DNA of 63,563 nucleotides, from the NCBI GenBank assembly GCA_934133175.1, contig CAKPAX010000006.1, positions 1 through 63,563 of the forward strand. Reading direction: 5' to 3'. Numbering within the stretch: the stretch's first letter is position 1; each line of letters opens with the position of its first letter. Below, piece after piece: positions 9,489-19,278 of the stretch. This DNA comes from an uncultured Clostridia bacterium (GTDB taxonomy: Bacteria; Bacillota; Clostridia; TANB77; CAG-508). Below the pieces are notes generated by a model. The model was not told the DNA's origin. It saw nothing but the letters and a program-made list of their open reading frames with translations, and did no database searches. The position numbers and the translations under genes are program-made.

Positions 9489-10670
9489 TTATTCTATTAT
9501 TTCCTTGTGTAATTGTTCCAATATGCTATTTGAAACTATATCTTTAAACACTATACTTATTTTATATTCAGTAACATCAATATTTAAAATATTACAATTA
9601 TTAATTTCTAGTATTTTCATCGTCCTTTTTAAAATTTTGTTATTGTTCATTATACCATGACCTATAATAGATATCCTAGATACATTATAATATGTGCAAT
9701 CTAATATATCTAAATCATTTTCTAGAAGATTAGCAAATTTATTAAACATTGTACTTTTTATATAAAAACTTATATCAAGAGAATAATTACTATTATTTAC
9801 TAAATTTTTTACAGTAATATTATTATCTATTAAAATTTTATATAATTTATTGAAAATCTCTGTACTATATTTATCAGATTTTGCATGAATAAATATTATA
9901 TCATCATTTTTTACAATACTTTTAACTGTTGTTCCCTCTATTTTATTATTTATAATAGTACCTGGTTTATTATTAAATGTAGACTTAGTTATTATAGGTA
10001 CTTTAAATCTTTCTCCAACTTCTACACATCTATTATGAAGAACTTTTGCTCCCTCACTTGCAATGTCTAACATTTCTTCATATGAAAGACTTTTCAATTT
10101 TTTTGCTACTGTAACTTTATTAGGATCTGTTGTATATACTCCATCAACATCTGAAAAAATATAACAATGTTTTGCATTTATTGCTGCTGCTATAGCCACA
10201 GCAGTTGTATCTGATCCGCCTCTTCCAAGGGTTGTTATATCCATATTTTCATTTACGCCTTGAAATCCAGCTACTATTACAATTTTACCTTTATTTAATT
10301 CATTTTCTATTCTTGATGTATCTATATTTTCTATTATAGCATTTTGATTTGTATTACTAGTAATAATACCTGCTTGCCATCCTGTTAAAGAAATTGTATT
10401 ATATCCTAATCTATTTAGCAAAATACTAAGTTTTGCCATAGACATTTGTTCGCCAGAACTAAGTAAAACATCCATTTCTCTTTCATTTGGTATTGCTGAC
10501 AATTCATTTGCCTCTTTTATTAAATTGTCAGTTGTTTTCCCTTGTGCAGAAACAACAACTACAACATTATTTTTTTGATTATATAATTCTATTATTTTTT
10601 CAGCAACAAGATTTAATCTAATATTATCTGCAACTGAACTTCCTCCAAATTTCAATACTACTGTGTCCAT
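9489..10670 (-). CDS. aspartate kinase
   Basis: MDTVVLKFGGSSVAD start (ATG at 10670; the ORF track extends 17 codons further upstream), GRGGSDTTAVAIAAA, and C-terminal ACT-like regions. Confidence 0.92.
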   Translation of the reverse strand: MDTVVLKFGGSSVADNIRLNLVAEKIIELYNQKNNVVVVVSAQGKTTDNLIKEANELSAIPNEREMDVLLSSGEQMSMAKLSILLNRLGYNTISLTGWQAGIITSNTNQNAIIENIDTSRIENELNKGKIVIVAGFQGVNENMDITTLGRGGSDTTAVAIAAAINAKHCYIFSDVDGVYTTDPNKVTVAKKLKSLSYEEMLDIASEGAKVLHNRCVEVGERFKVPIITKSTFNNKPGTIINNKIEGTTVKSIVKNDDIIFIHAKSDKYSTEIFNKLYKILIDNNITVKNLVNNSNYSLDISFYIKSTMFNKFANLLENDLDILDCTYYNVSRISIIGHGIMNNNKILKRTMKILEINNCNILNIDVTEYKISIVFKDIVSNSILEQLHKEIIE

Positions 10671-10763
10671 GTTTGGCACCTTCTTTTTATTGTATACAAA
10701 GCAATATCTAATTTTAAACATTGCTATATATTATTATATTCTAAAAGTCTAATTTATGTTATA

Positions 10764-11865
10764 TTATATATTAGCTTTTAAATATGCTTCAATAAAACCA
10801 TCAATTTCTCCATTCATTACTGATTCTACATTTCCAACTTCGTAATTAGTTCTGTTATCCTTTACAAGCGTATATGGACAAAATACATATGATCTTATTT
10901 GGTTTCCCCAAGCAATATCTTTTTGTTCTCCTTTTAAATCTTCTATTTTTTCTTTATGTTCTAATTCTTTTAAATTCAATAATTTTGATTTTAACATTTT
11001 CATTGCAATTTCTTTATTTTGAAATTGTGACCTTTCAGTTTGACAAGCAACTATAGTGTTTGTTGGGATATGTGTTAATCTTACAGCAGATGATGTTTTA
11101 TTTATATGTTGTCCACCTGCTCCAGAAGCTCTATACACATCCATTTTTATATCATCCGGATTTATAACTATTTCTATGTCATCAGTGATTTCTGGTAAAA
11201 CTTCAACAGATGCAAAAGATGTATGACGTCTTTTTCCACTATCAAATGGAGAAATCCTAACTAATCTATGAACACCCTTTTCTGATTTTAAAAAGCCATA
11301 AGCATTTTTTCCGATAACTTCAAAAGTAACACTTTTTAGTCCAGCTTCTTCTCCTTCTAAATAATCTAATTCTTTTATTTCATATAAATTTTTATTAGCC
11401 CATCTTGAATACATTCTATATAACATTTCTGCCCAATCTTGAGATTCTGTTCCTCCTGCTCCTGGATGTATTGTTATTATTGCATTATTTTTATCATATT
11501 TTCCAGACAATAAAGTTTGTAATTCAAGTTTTTCTATACATTTCTCTAGTTTTTTAGTTTTTATTAATAATTCATTTTCTAGTTCATCATCTTTTTCAAT
11601 TGTAATTAATTCATGTAGTTCTAATAATTCATCGTAATCTTCTTTAATTTTTTTAAACGGAGTATATTTAAGTTTTATATTTTTAATCTTATCTAAAACC
11701 TTTTCTGATTCTTGCTGATTATTCCAAAAATCTTTTTCTAGTGTTTTGGCTTCTAAATTTTTTAGTTGTATTTCTAAATTATCAATGTCAAAGAGATTCA
11801 CCTAAATTCTTTAATTCTTGATTTAAATTAATTAAAGTTTTTTTATTTTCGGCAATATCAATCAT
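10764..11865 (-). CDS. prfB: peptide chain release factor 2 (programmed +1 frameshift)
   Basis: GGQ motif SGAGGQHINKTSSAVR and SPF motif RISPFDS. The short upstream frame MIDIAENKKTLINLNQELKNLGESL ends at an in-frame TGA within CTT TGA C. Confidence 0.95.
11787..11795 (-). promoter_or_regulatory. prfB: prfB autoregulatory +1 frameshift site CUU UGA C
   Basis: Minus strand reads AGGTGAATCTCTTTGAC, an SD-like AGGTGA a few nt upstream of CTT TGA C. Confidence 0.9.
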
Positions 11866-11961
11866 TTAATCACATCCTTAATTTAATTATATATGAATAA
11901 TACTATAAAAAAAATAATAAATCAATATAAAAAACAAGAAATAAATTTATTCTGTAATAAT

Positions 11962-12000
11962 AAAAAAATACCACACTATAAGTTTTTCTTTATAGTGTGG
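11962..12000 (-). terminator. rho-independent terminator
   Basis: Perfect 11-bp stem CCACACTATAA/TTATAGTGTGG (11971..11981 / 11990..12000), then a T-run on the minus strand. Confidence 0.8.
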
Positions 12001-12022
12001 CAATACGAGTTACCAAAATATA

Positions 12023-12733
12023 TTATTTTTCAATATATTTTATGACAGTTTCAAGTGTCTGATCAATCAGTTGGTTAATTACAGATTCATTAAAAAATTC
12101 TGTATCATGCCACTCAAGATCAGGATTAAAATTCAAATATTTTGAAATAAACGATGCTGCATCATCATTTAATGTAGCAAACAGTAATTCTTTTACCTCA
12201 TTTATTTCATCCTCAGTTACCCCTGCCTTTTTCAATATATATTGATCTAGCATAGGATATGATGCATATAATTCCTTGCGGAATTGCTGGCCATCTATAA
12301 TCCTTCCTGTACTCCTTACTCTTATCTGATTATTCTTCTGATTAGAGACATCAAATAGAGTATTTTGCACTAATCTGTCATATTCTCTATCAGCTAAAAG
12401 ATGTATTCGAATTCCATCTTTGTATTCATCCTCTGCAAGATGAATATTTACAGCCTCAAAGAGTCTCATGTTAATCATAGGATCAACAAGATAAGATTCT
12501 TTAAAATGGCTGTCAAAGCTTTGAATTTTAATACTCTGCCGTAATTCAGATAATCTCGGCAGAACGCAACCTGCTCCTCCACAAAAATGTGAAGCTCTTC
12601 TAGAACCAGCAGCACTGTTTAGTGAATCAATCACTAAAGTTCCTATTGCTAATTCCTTTGTAAATTCTCTTCCTGTTTTTTCAGCTAACAGCCGAGAAAA
12701 ACCATAATGATAACTCTGTCCTGGCATATTCAT
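12023..12733 (-). CDS. hypothetical 236-aa protein, visibly higher G+C than its neighbours (weak resemblance to zinc-dependent phospholipase-C-like hydrolases)
   Basis: Clean ORF with a strong RBS (AAGGAGGG), its own promoter and terminator. His-containing segments YHYGFS, ASHFCGG, IHLLADREYD. The family assignment is uncertain. Confidence 0.55.
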   Translation of the reverse strand: MNMPGQSYHYGFSRLLAEKTGREFTKELAIGTLVIDSLNSAAGSRRASHFCGGAGCVLPRLSELRQSIKIQSFDSHFKESYLVDPMINMRLFEAVNIHLAEDEYKDGIRIHLLADREYDRLVQNTLFDVSNQKNNQIRVRSTGRIIDGQQFRKELYASYPMLDQYILKKAGVTEDEINEVKELLFATLNDDAASFISKYLNFNPDLEWHDTEFFNESVINQLIDQTLETVIKYIEK

Positions 12734-12753
12734 GCCCTCCTTTTAAAATATTA

Positions 12754-12804
12754 TCACTTTTTAGTGACTAATTATATAATATCACAGTTGCCAGATTATG
12801 TCAA
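12754..12804 (-). promoter_or_regulatory. promoter TTGACA-17-TATTAT plus palindromic operator TCACTttttAGTGA
   Basis: Minus strand: TTGACA (12799..12804), 17 nt, TATTAT (12776..12781). The palindrome at 12754..12767 lies between the -10 and the RBS. Confidence 0.5.
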
Positions 12805-12808
12805 CGCA

Positions 12809-12990
12809 TTATGCCGACGTTCCCATTGGGTCCCATGATTTTAATCTTATTCTTTCTGTGTTCAAGATATTCTTTTCTTCATCTGATAAATATTTTTTAT
12901 TTATTACTATTTGATAAACAAATTTAGAAAACCATGAATCAGTAGCAACATGATAACCTTTATTAGCCTTTTCATTGCCCCAACTATTTT
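12809..12990 (-). pseudogene. aminopeptidase C (PepC / bleomycin hydrolase) 3' remnant, last ~60 codons
   Basis: Translates to [60 protein letters not shown], the characteristic C1-family PepC C-terminus. It starts directly at the gpmA stop codon. Confidence 0.7.
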
Positions 12991-13680
12991 CTATTTTACA
13001 TAATAATGTTTTATTGGTTTTAAATTATCATCTAATTCATAGCAAATTGGATTTCCAGTTTGTAACTCTAATTTTATAATATCTTCATCACTTATATTAT
13101 CCAAATATTTAATTAATCCTCTTAAACTATTACCATGTGCTGCAATTATTACATTCTTTCCACTTTCAATTTCTGGTTTTATGTCAGAATTCCAATACTC
13201 TATAACTCTTTTTATTGTATCTACTAAATTTTCTGTTTTTGGTAATTCATCTTTAGTTAAATTTTTATATTTAGGATCATTTCCTGGATATCTTGGATCA
13301 TCCTCATCTAATTCTGGTGGTCTTACATTTGTACTTCTTCTCCATAACAAAACTTGTTCATCACCATATTTTTTCTTTGTTTCATCTTTATTTAGTCCTT
13401 GCAATGCACCATAATGTCTTTCGTTTAATTTCCAACTTCTTTTTATTTCTATATCTTCTTCTCCCATTTCCTTTAAAATATAGTCTAAAGTATCCTCAGC
13501 TCTTTTTAAAACTGAAGTAAAAGCTAAATCAAAATGAAATCCTTTTTCTTTTAATATTTTTCCAGCTTCTTTAGCTTCTTGTATTCCTTGTTCAGATAAT
13601 TCTACATCTGTCCATCCTGTAAATTTATTTTCTAAATTCCACATGCTTTGTCCATGTCTTACTAATACTAATTTAATCAT
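12991..13680 (-). CDS. gpmA: 2,3-bisphosphoglycerate-dependent phosphoglycerate mutase
   Basis: [39 protein letters not shown]. Confidence 0.93.
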   Translation of the reverse strand: MIKLVLVRHGQSMWNLENKFTGWTDVELSEQGIQEAKEAGKILKEKGFHFDLAFTSVLKRAEDTLDYILKEMGEEDIEIKRSWKLNERHYGALQGLNKDETKKKYGDEQVLLWRRSTNVRPPELDEDDPRYPGNDPKYKNLTKDELPKTENLVDTIKRVIEYWNSDIKPEIESGKNVIIAAHGNSLRGLIKYLDNISDEDIIKLELQTGNPICYELDDNLKPIKHYYVK

Positions 13681-13702
13681 TTTATACCTCCATTAATTTT
13701 TA

Positions 13703-14479
13703 TTAACCTAATGCAACATCTAAGATCATCATTATTACAAATCCGATTGCAACTCCAATTGTTCCTATATTAGAATGTTCACCTGATTGTGATTCTGGTA
13801 TCAATTCTTCTACCACAACATATATCATAGCCCCTGCAGCAAATGATAATAAATATGGTAATATTGGAACTACTGTATTGGTTAGCAATATAGTAATTAT
13901 AGCTCCTATTGGTTCTACTATTCCAGATAATGTACCATATAAAAATGCTTTTGGTTTTGACATTCCTTCACTTTTTAAGGGCATTGATATAATAGCTCCT
14001 TCTGGAAAATTTTGAATAGCAATTCCTACTGCAAGTGCAAATGCTCCAGCCATTGTTATTCCTGTGTTTCCTATAAGCGCACCAGCAAATGTAACACCTA
14101 CTGCCATTCCTTCTGGAATATTATGAAGTGTTACAGCAAATACCATCATTGTTGTCTTTTTTAACTTTGATTTTATTCCTTCTGGTTTATCATTATTTAA
14201 ATGTAAATGCGGTATAACACTATCAAGTATAAGTAAAAATACTATTCCTAATATAAATCCTATTGCTGCCGGTATCCAGGCTACTTTTCCTTGATTAGTT
14301 GCCATATCTATTGATGGAATAATTAAAGACCAAATAGATGCTGCTATCATTACACCAGATGCAAAACCTAATAAAAGTTTTTCTACTTTGGAATTCATCT
14401 TATTTTTCATAAGAAATACCATAGCAGAGCCTAAAGTAGTCCCTAAAAAAGGTATTGCCAATCCTATTATCAAATCCAT
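13703..14479 (-). CDS. ZIP-family divalent metal transporter (ZupT-like)
   Basis: Multi-TM protein with HNIPEGMAVG and IQNFPEGAI motifs. Confidence 0.88.
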   Translation of the reverse strand: MDLIIGLAIPFLGTTLGSAMVFLMKNKMNSKVEKLLLGFASGVMIAASIWSLIIPSIDMATNQGKVAWIPAAIGFILGIVFLLILDSVIPHLHLNNDKPEGIKSKLKKTTMMVFAVTLHNIPEGMAVGVTFAGALIGNTGITMAGAFALAVGIAIQNFPEGAIISMPLKSEGMSKPKAFLYGTLSGIVEPIGAIITILLTNTVVPILPYLLSFAAGAMIYVVVEELIPESQSGEHSNIGTIGVAIGFVIMMILDVALG

Positions 14480-14571
14480 AATATAATCAACTCTTTTCTG
14501 TTTATATTTTCCTATTAGTATTATAATTATATTAATTTAATAAGTCAATAAAATATGAATTTTTTATCATA

Positions 14572-14612
14572 TTTTTAAAAAATTAAAGATTTCTACATAA
14601 ATAGAAATCTTT
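14572..14612 (-). terminator. rho-independent terminator after the GLUG-repeat gene
   Basis: Stem AAAGATTTCTA/TAGAAATCTTT (14585..14595 / 14602..14612), with AATTTTTT following on the minus strand. Confidence 0.65.
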
Positions 14613-14618
14613 TTATGG

Positions 14619-17550
14619 TTATTCTAATATAGGATATCCTTTACTATCTTTTCCTGATATCCAATTTTTCAAATCTCCTTTATTAGCATTTAATTTCTCA
14701 ATAAAACTTTGTGCTTTCATATTTGCTTCTGATAATATTTCTATTCCTGAAGCTTCTGTTTCTTTTTTATATACATAACTTGCACAATTTTCTAAAGAAT
14801 ATACATTAGTAAAACTTGAATTAGAAGATGTACTAGTACATATAGATGATCCATTAGTTATTTGTCCTGCATTATATACATTTGACATATTACTATTGCC
14901 AGTTGAAATTCCTGCTACAGCATCTGAGGATTCATCTAAACTTTTTATATCCCCTATGTTAAAACAATTATTAAAATCTGCAATTCCACTACTAGTATTT
15001 CTTGCCAATAGACCAACCACATAATTTTCTGTTCCTTCTATATTCCCAATATTACCACAGTTTGTTAAAGTAATATTATTAGAATTTGAAACATTACATA
15101 TACCAGAAACATTATAAATTCCTTTAATATCACCAAAATTAATGCACTCATTTAATATATAAGGACTAGAATTTGAATATGAATTAAATCCTCCTACTAT
15201 ACCAGAAACATTATTACCCGAACTTGTTATATTACCAGAATTTCTACAATTATCTAAATCCAAATTATCTGCTGCTATTCCTACAATTCCTGCAACAAAT
15301 GATTCATTTCCTGTAATATTACCTATATTTTCACAATTGCTTATTTTGGTTGCTTTAGATGTTTTTCCTATAATTCCTCCTATTTTGGTTCCATCATTTA
15401 TATTGGCTGTATTTTTACAATTTATAATTTCTTTATCCATTTCTCCACATCCAATAATTCCTCCTATATAAAAAGGATTATCATTTGTAGTTTCTATATT
15501 ACCAGTATTTATGCAGTTTTCTATTTTTATTTTTCCTCCTGATTGATTTGCTGCCTTTCCAACTATTCCTCCTAGTCCATAACTTCCATACTCATTTTTT
15601 ACAGTATTTGTATTATTACACTTTATAATATCTATTAATGATATATTTCCAGTATCATTTACTATTCCTCCAACTGCTCCTAGTCCACTACAACTTCCTG
15701 AATTTATACAGTTAGTAATAATTAATTTTTCAGAAGAAAAAGAACTATTTTTTATACTTATAATTCCAGCAACGTAAGATAATCTCAAAGAATATGTTTC
15801 CCCGTCCAAGATTACCATAATTTTCACAATTTGAAATATTTATACTTCCTATGCTTGATGTGTTATACAACAAAACAATACCACTAGCCGAACTACTAGA
15901 GTTTATATTCATGTAATTTTTACAATTAGTAATAGTTAAACTAGAATAATTGTCATTATCGCCTACAATTCCTCCTACATTATATAAATCTGAAAAAGTA
16001 TTTTCATCTGTTACAGTCTCAGTATTTCCATTATTGCAATTATCTATAGCAGTTTCACTTCTATTAAACCCAACAATTCCTCCAAAAGCTTTAGAAACAC
16101 TTGTTACATTTGTACAATAATTATTGCAATAAGTTATTGAGCCATTAACATTAAAGCCTACAATTCCACCAACATATTGTGAATAATTTTCACTCATTTT
16201 ATTTGCATAATTTTCGCAATAGCTAACATTTCCTTGATTAAACCCAGCTATTCCACCTACATATCGAATATTTCCACATAAATCCAAATAACTATCACAT
16301 CTTTCTACTATTCCAGTTTGATTATTTGATGAAACAATTCCTCCAACATTACCGTAATATGCATTAATATTTGTAGTTCCTTTTACATTACATTTTTTGA
16401 TTTTATTATTATTCACATATGCAATTCCGCCAAAATTAGTATACCCATCTGTGTAAATATATTCTCCATTAGTTTCACAATTGTAAATTGTTCCATTATT
16501 TATACCAACAAGCACTCCTACCTTTTGATTATTATAATTAGCATTGTTATAATAATCATTAGACAATAGTTTAATATTAATTTTATCTATTTTTAAATTA
16601 CAAATATAGCCATCATTATAACCAAATATACCAGTTGATTGCCTTAGATTTTTATCTTCCATGGCTATAGCAAATATATTTATGTATACATTACTTAAAG
16701 TATGATTATTTCCGTCAAAAACTCCCTTAAACGTTTTATCTTCTGTTCTTCCTATTTGTATAAATCCCGGTGTACTTCCTAATTTTTCGTTTTCTTGTAA
16801 TTCTTTATATACAGTTTTAGTTTCTGGAATTGAATCAGTAGATGTTAGCGAATCTAATGAAATTATTTCTCCATTATATGTATAATATTGGTCTGGATTT
16901 TTATAACAAGATTTATCAGAAAAATCCAAGTCATTTTCTAAAACTATTTTTTGATTCTCGTAATTTTTTCCATTTTCAACATCCATAGCTATATCTAATA
17001 TATCTTCCACATATTGAATTTTTTTAGATGTGGGATAACTTGGTATTTCATCACCATCTGTACCTGGCGTTACATCTGTAGTATCACCATTTCCAGATAA
17101 ATATAATAAGATTTTAGAAGTATTTGATTTATCATAATATTTTAAAACATATTGTTTTGAATTTTGTTCTTCTTCATTTTCAATCACATAAACATCGCCA
17201 GCTTCTTTATTGGCTCCTTGCCCTGTTTTTATATTTTGAGCAATATTCTCTACAAGTACTCTATAATATTTTTGACCTTCAATTTTTATTATATAATTTT
17301 GGTTTACTAAATATGATATTACATCATCTGTATATCCTTCTGTATTTTTAGCAATTTGATATTGATTTGCTCCTAATATTATTTGATCTTTCACAGTACC
17401 ATGATATGTCTCAGTTGTTGCTCTTTGACTTTGATTTAAAATACCATTTTCTCCTGTTAACATACTTATTGTAACACCTGCTAATATAAGCAAAACAATA
17501 ATTGTAATGACTAAAGCGATTAATGTTATACCTTTTTGAAATTTTTTCAT
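14619..17550 (-). pseudogene. ~1000-aa prepilin-signal protein with GLUG-type repeats, split by one frameshift
   Basis: N-terminus MKKFQKGITLIALVITIIVLLILAGV is a prepilin-type cleavage/methylation signal. Many GGIVG/GGIAG/GGIIG repeats alternate with C.N motifs. ORFs 15745..17550 and 14619..15827 overlap, and the repeat pattern continues across them if 1 nt is removed near the C4 run at 15800..15803. Confidence 0.75.
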
Positions 17551-17619
17551 TTATTATTTCCCCCTTTTATTTTATACTGATTAATATTTAACAAAAGACA
17601 AAAAGATAGCATCAAAAAC

Positions 17620-17748
17620 CTATATAATTATAGGTTTTATTACTATCTTTTTATTTATTATTTTTTCATTTATTATTTTTTCATTTATTAGATTACATGC
17701 GTGTGCATGTGTGTATACTCTCGCAACGGCTACATCGATTATATCCAT
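17620..17748 (-). CDS. possible 42-aa leader/small ORF upstream of the pilin-like gene
   Basis: RBS AGAGGA 8 nt before the ATG at 17748. Encodes MDIIDVAVARVYTHAHACNLINEKIINEKIINKKIVIKPIII. The stop is embedded in hairpin AAAACCTATA/TATAGGTTTT followed by TTTTTGATG. Below the ORF-track size cut-off. Confidence 0.3.
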   Translation of the reverse strand: MDIIDVAVARVYTHAHACNLINEKIINEKIINKKIVIKPIII

Positions 17749-17933
17749 TATATTTTTTCCTCTTTTGTTTAAATACTTATATTACAATATTTCATATTAG
17801 CAGTATATTATAATTATTTAAATATCGCAATACATAAATTGAATTTTTATTACATATTTTTATTTCTAATACATTTTTCATTAAATTATTCTTTTTAAAT
17901 AATGGTATTATAATATTTTTCTTCTACAAATTT

Positions 17934-18233
17934 TTATTCTACTTTCATTAAAACTCCATCAATAGTTTTATAAACTCTTTTGGCATTTTTTTCTATTTTA
18001 TGTTTTATTTCTTCTTCTAAATTCACCCCTAATATCTCTGATAATCCCATTAGAAATATTACAACATCTGCAAGTTCTTCACCAACATCACTTTTTTTCT
18101 TTAACCATGCATCATATGCTTCTGAAAGTTCTCCATATGTTAAACAAAATTCTTTATTTATATCTGTTGTATTAAAACCTTTATCAACCTTATTTTGATA
18201 AACTTCTTTTTGTAATTTTTTAAAATCCATCAT
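17934..18233 (-). CDS. MazG-like nucleotide pyrophosphohydrolase (small, YpjD type)
   Basis: 99 aa. EFCLTYGELSEAYDAW and EELADVVIFLMGLSEILGVNLEEEI are the typical MazG helices with acidic metal ligands. Confidence 0.8.
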   Translation of the reverse strand: MMDFKKLQKEVYQNKVDKGFNTTDINKEFCLTYGELSEAYDAWLKKKSDVGEELADVVIFLMGLSEILGVNLEEEIKHKIEKNAKRVYKTIDGVLMKVE

Positions 18234-18247
18234 ATCTATACACTCCT

Positions 18248-18832
18248 TTATTGATTTTTTGCTTCTTCTATATATTTTTTTATTAAAAATTTAGATAATA
18301 TAACATCTGCATCAGCTAAATCGTAGTCTAGCAATTCTTCAATTGACACCCATTTATAATCTAAGTGAATATTTAATTTAAAGTCTCCGCTTATATAATC
18401 ACATTCATATAATTTTAAGTCTACTATATGCCCAGGATATTCGCATATACTATGAGTTATATAACTATTTATATTAGCTTTAATTCCTAGTACTTCATTA
18501 AATGCTCTATTTAAAGTTTTCTTTTCATCTTCAAGTCCTATTCTTCGCCCTCCTGGAAATTCCCATCTTCCATATAAATGATCTTCTTTTTTTCTTTGTG
18601 CTATTAAACATTTTCCATCTTTCATAATTAATGCACAAACAACATCTAATATTTTTTTCTTAGGAGATACGTTGGTTATTTCAAATGGAATGCCATTCTT
18701 TTTAACTACTTGTTTTAAAAATAAATTAATAGCAGAACTCATAGATAAACCAAGCTCGGTTAATACATCTGTTGCTTCTTTTTTTAAATTACTATCCACT
18801 TGTATATTAATTGCACTTGTTTTATTTTCCAT
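18248..18832 (-). CDS. RelB/DinJ-type ribbon-helix-helix domain fused to a Nudix domain with a degenerate Nudix box
   Basis: The N-terminus INIQVDSNLKKEATDVLTELGLSMSSAINLFLKQVVKKNGIPFE is DinJ-like. The C-terminus has a Nudix fold with GGRRIGLEDEKKTLNRAFNEVLGI, that is G-x5-E-x7-R-A-F-N-E-V-L-G instead of REUxEExG. Confidence 0.75.
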   Translation of the reverse strand: MENKTSAINIQVDSNLKKEATDVLTELGLSMSSAINLFLKQVVKKNGIPFEITNVSPKKKILDVVCALIMKDGKCLIAQRKKEDHLYGRWEFPGGRRIGLEDEKKTLNRAFNEVLGIKANINSYITHSICEYPGHIVDLKLYECDYISGDFKLNIHLDYKWVSIEELLDYDLADADVILSKFLIKKYIEEAKNQ

Positions 18833-18884
18833 TTTTCTTCACCTCAAAACACATATTATCACTAAAGAAAAAAATAGTCAACAT

Positions 18885-18915
18885 TTTTCTACAATTTTGC
18901 TACATTTTTACTACA
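18885..18915. promoter_or_regulatory. three phased direct repeats TTTT(C/G/A)CTACA upstream of the DinJ-Nudix gene
   Basis: TTTTCTACA (18885..18893), TTTTGCTACA (18895..18904), TTTTTACTACA (18905..18915). The 10-11 bp period lies 55-85 nt upstream of the start at 18832. Confidence 0.4.
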
Positions 18916-19058
18916 TTTTTAAAAATATTTTTATCCTTAAATTTTTTCATATTATTTTTCTTTTTAACAAAACGATATACATGTAACACATTAAACTGCC
19001 CACTCTATAAAACAGAGTGGGCAGAAATTTGAACAAAGATAATATATTTATACAAATT

Positions 19059-19264
19059 TTATAATTTCATCATATATGATAAATTATGAACTTTCATACC
19101 AAATTTTTCATATACTTTAATTGCTTTTTCGTTGTTTAGATTTACTGTTAAATGCATATCTGTACAGTATCCCAATTCACATGTAATTTATGTACTTGTT
19201 TTGCTAAATTGTTTATTTTAGATTGGTCTTTTATAGTTGGTTGCATTATTTTTAGTTCTTCCAT
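19059..19264 (-). pseudogene. GNAT acetyltransferase remnant (central part missing)
   Basis: Good RBS plus MEELKIMQPTIKDQSKINNLAKQVHKLHVNWDTVQICI*, then in another frame MHLTVNLNNEKAIKVYEKFGMKVHNLSYMMKL*, a typical GNAT C-terminus. The acetyl-CoA-binding core is absent. Confidence 0.55.
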
Positions 19265-19278
19265 TATATTTTCTCCTT

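Noticed and set aside
10671-10763. Lysine riboswitch upstream of aspartokinase.
   Set aside because: Only about 90 nt are available and it is A+T-rich with no L-box-like helices. That is too short.
14480-14618. Zur/Fur-type box upstream of the ZIP transporter.
   Set aside because: Only generic A+T-rich sequence is present. No 7-1-7 or 9-1-9 palindrome could be identified.
17650-17695. Tandem 15-nt repeat (TTTATTATTTTTTCA, about 2.5 copies) considered as a CRISPR or other repeat array.
   Set aside because: There are only about 2.5 adjacent copies with no spacers. The repeat lies within the candidate 42-aa mini-ORF. It is simple tandem duplication.
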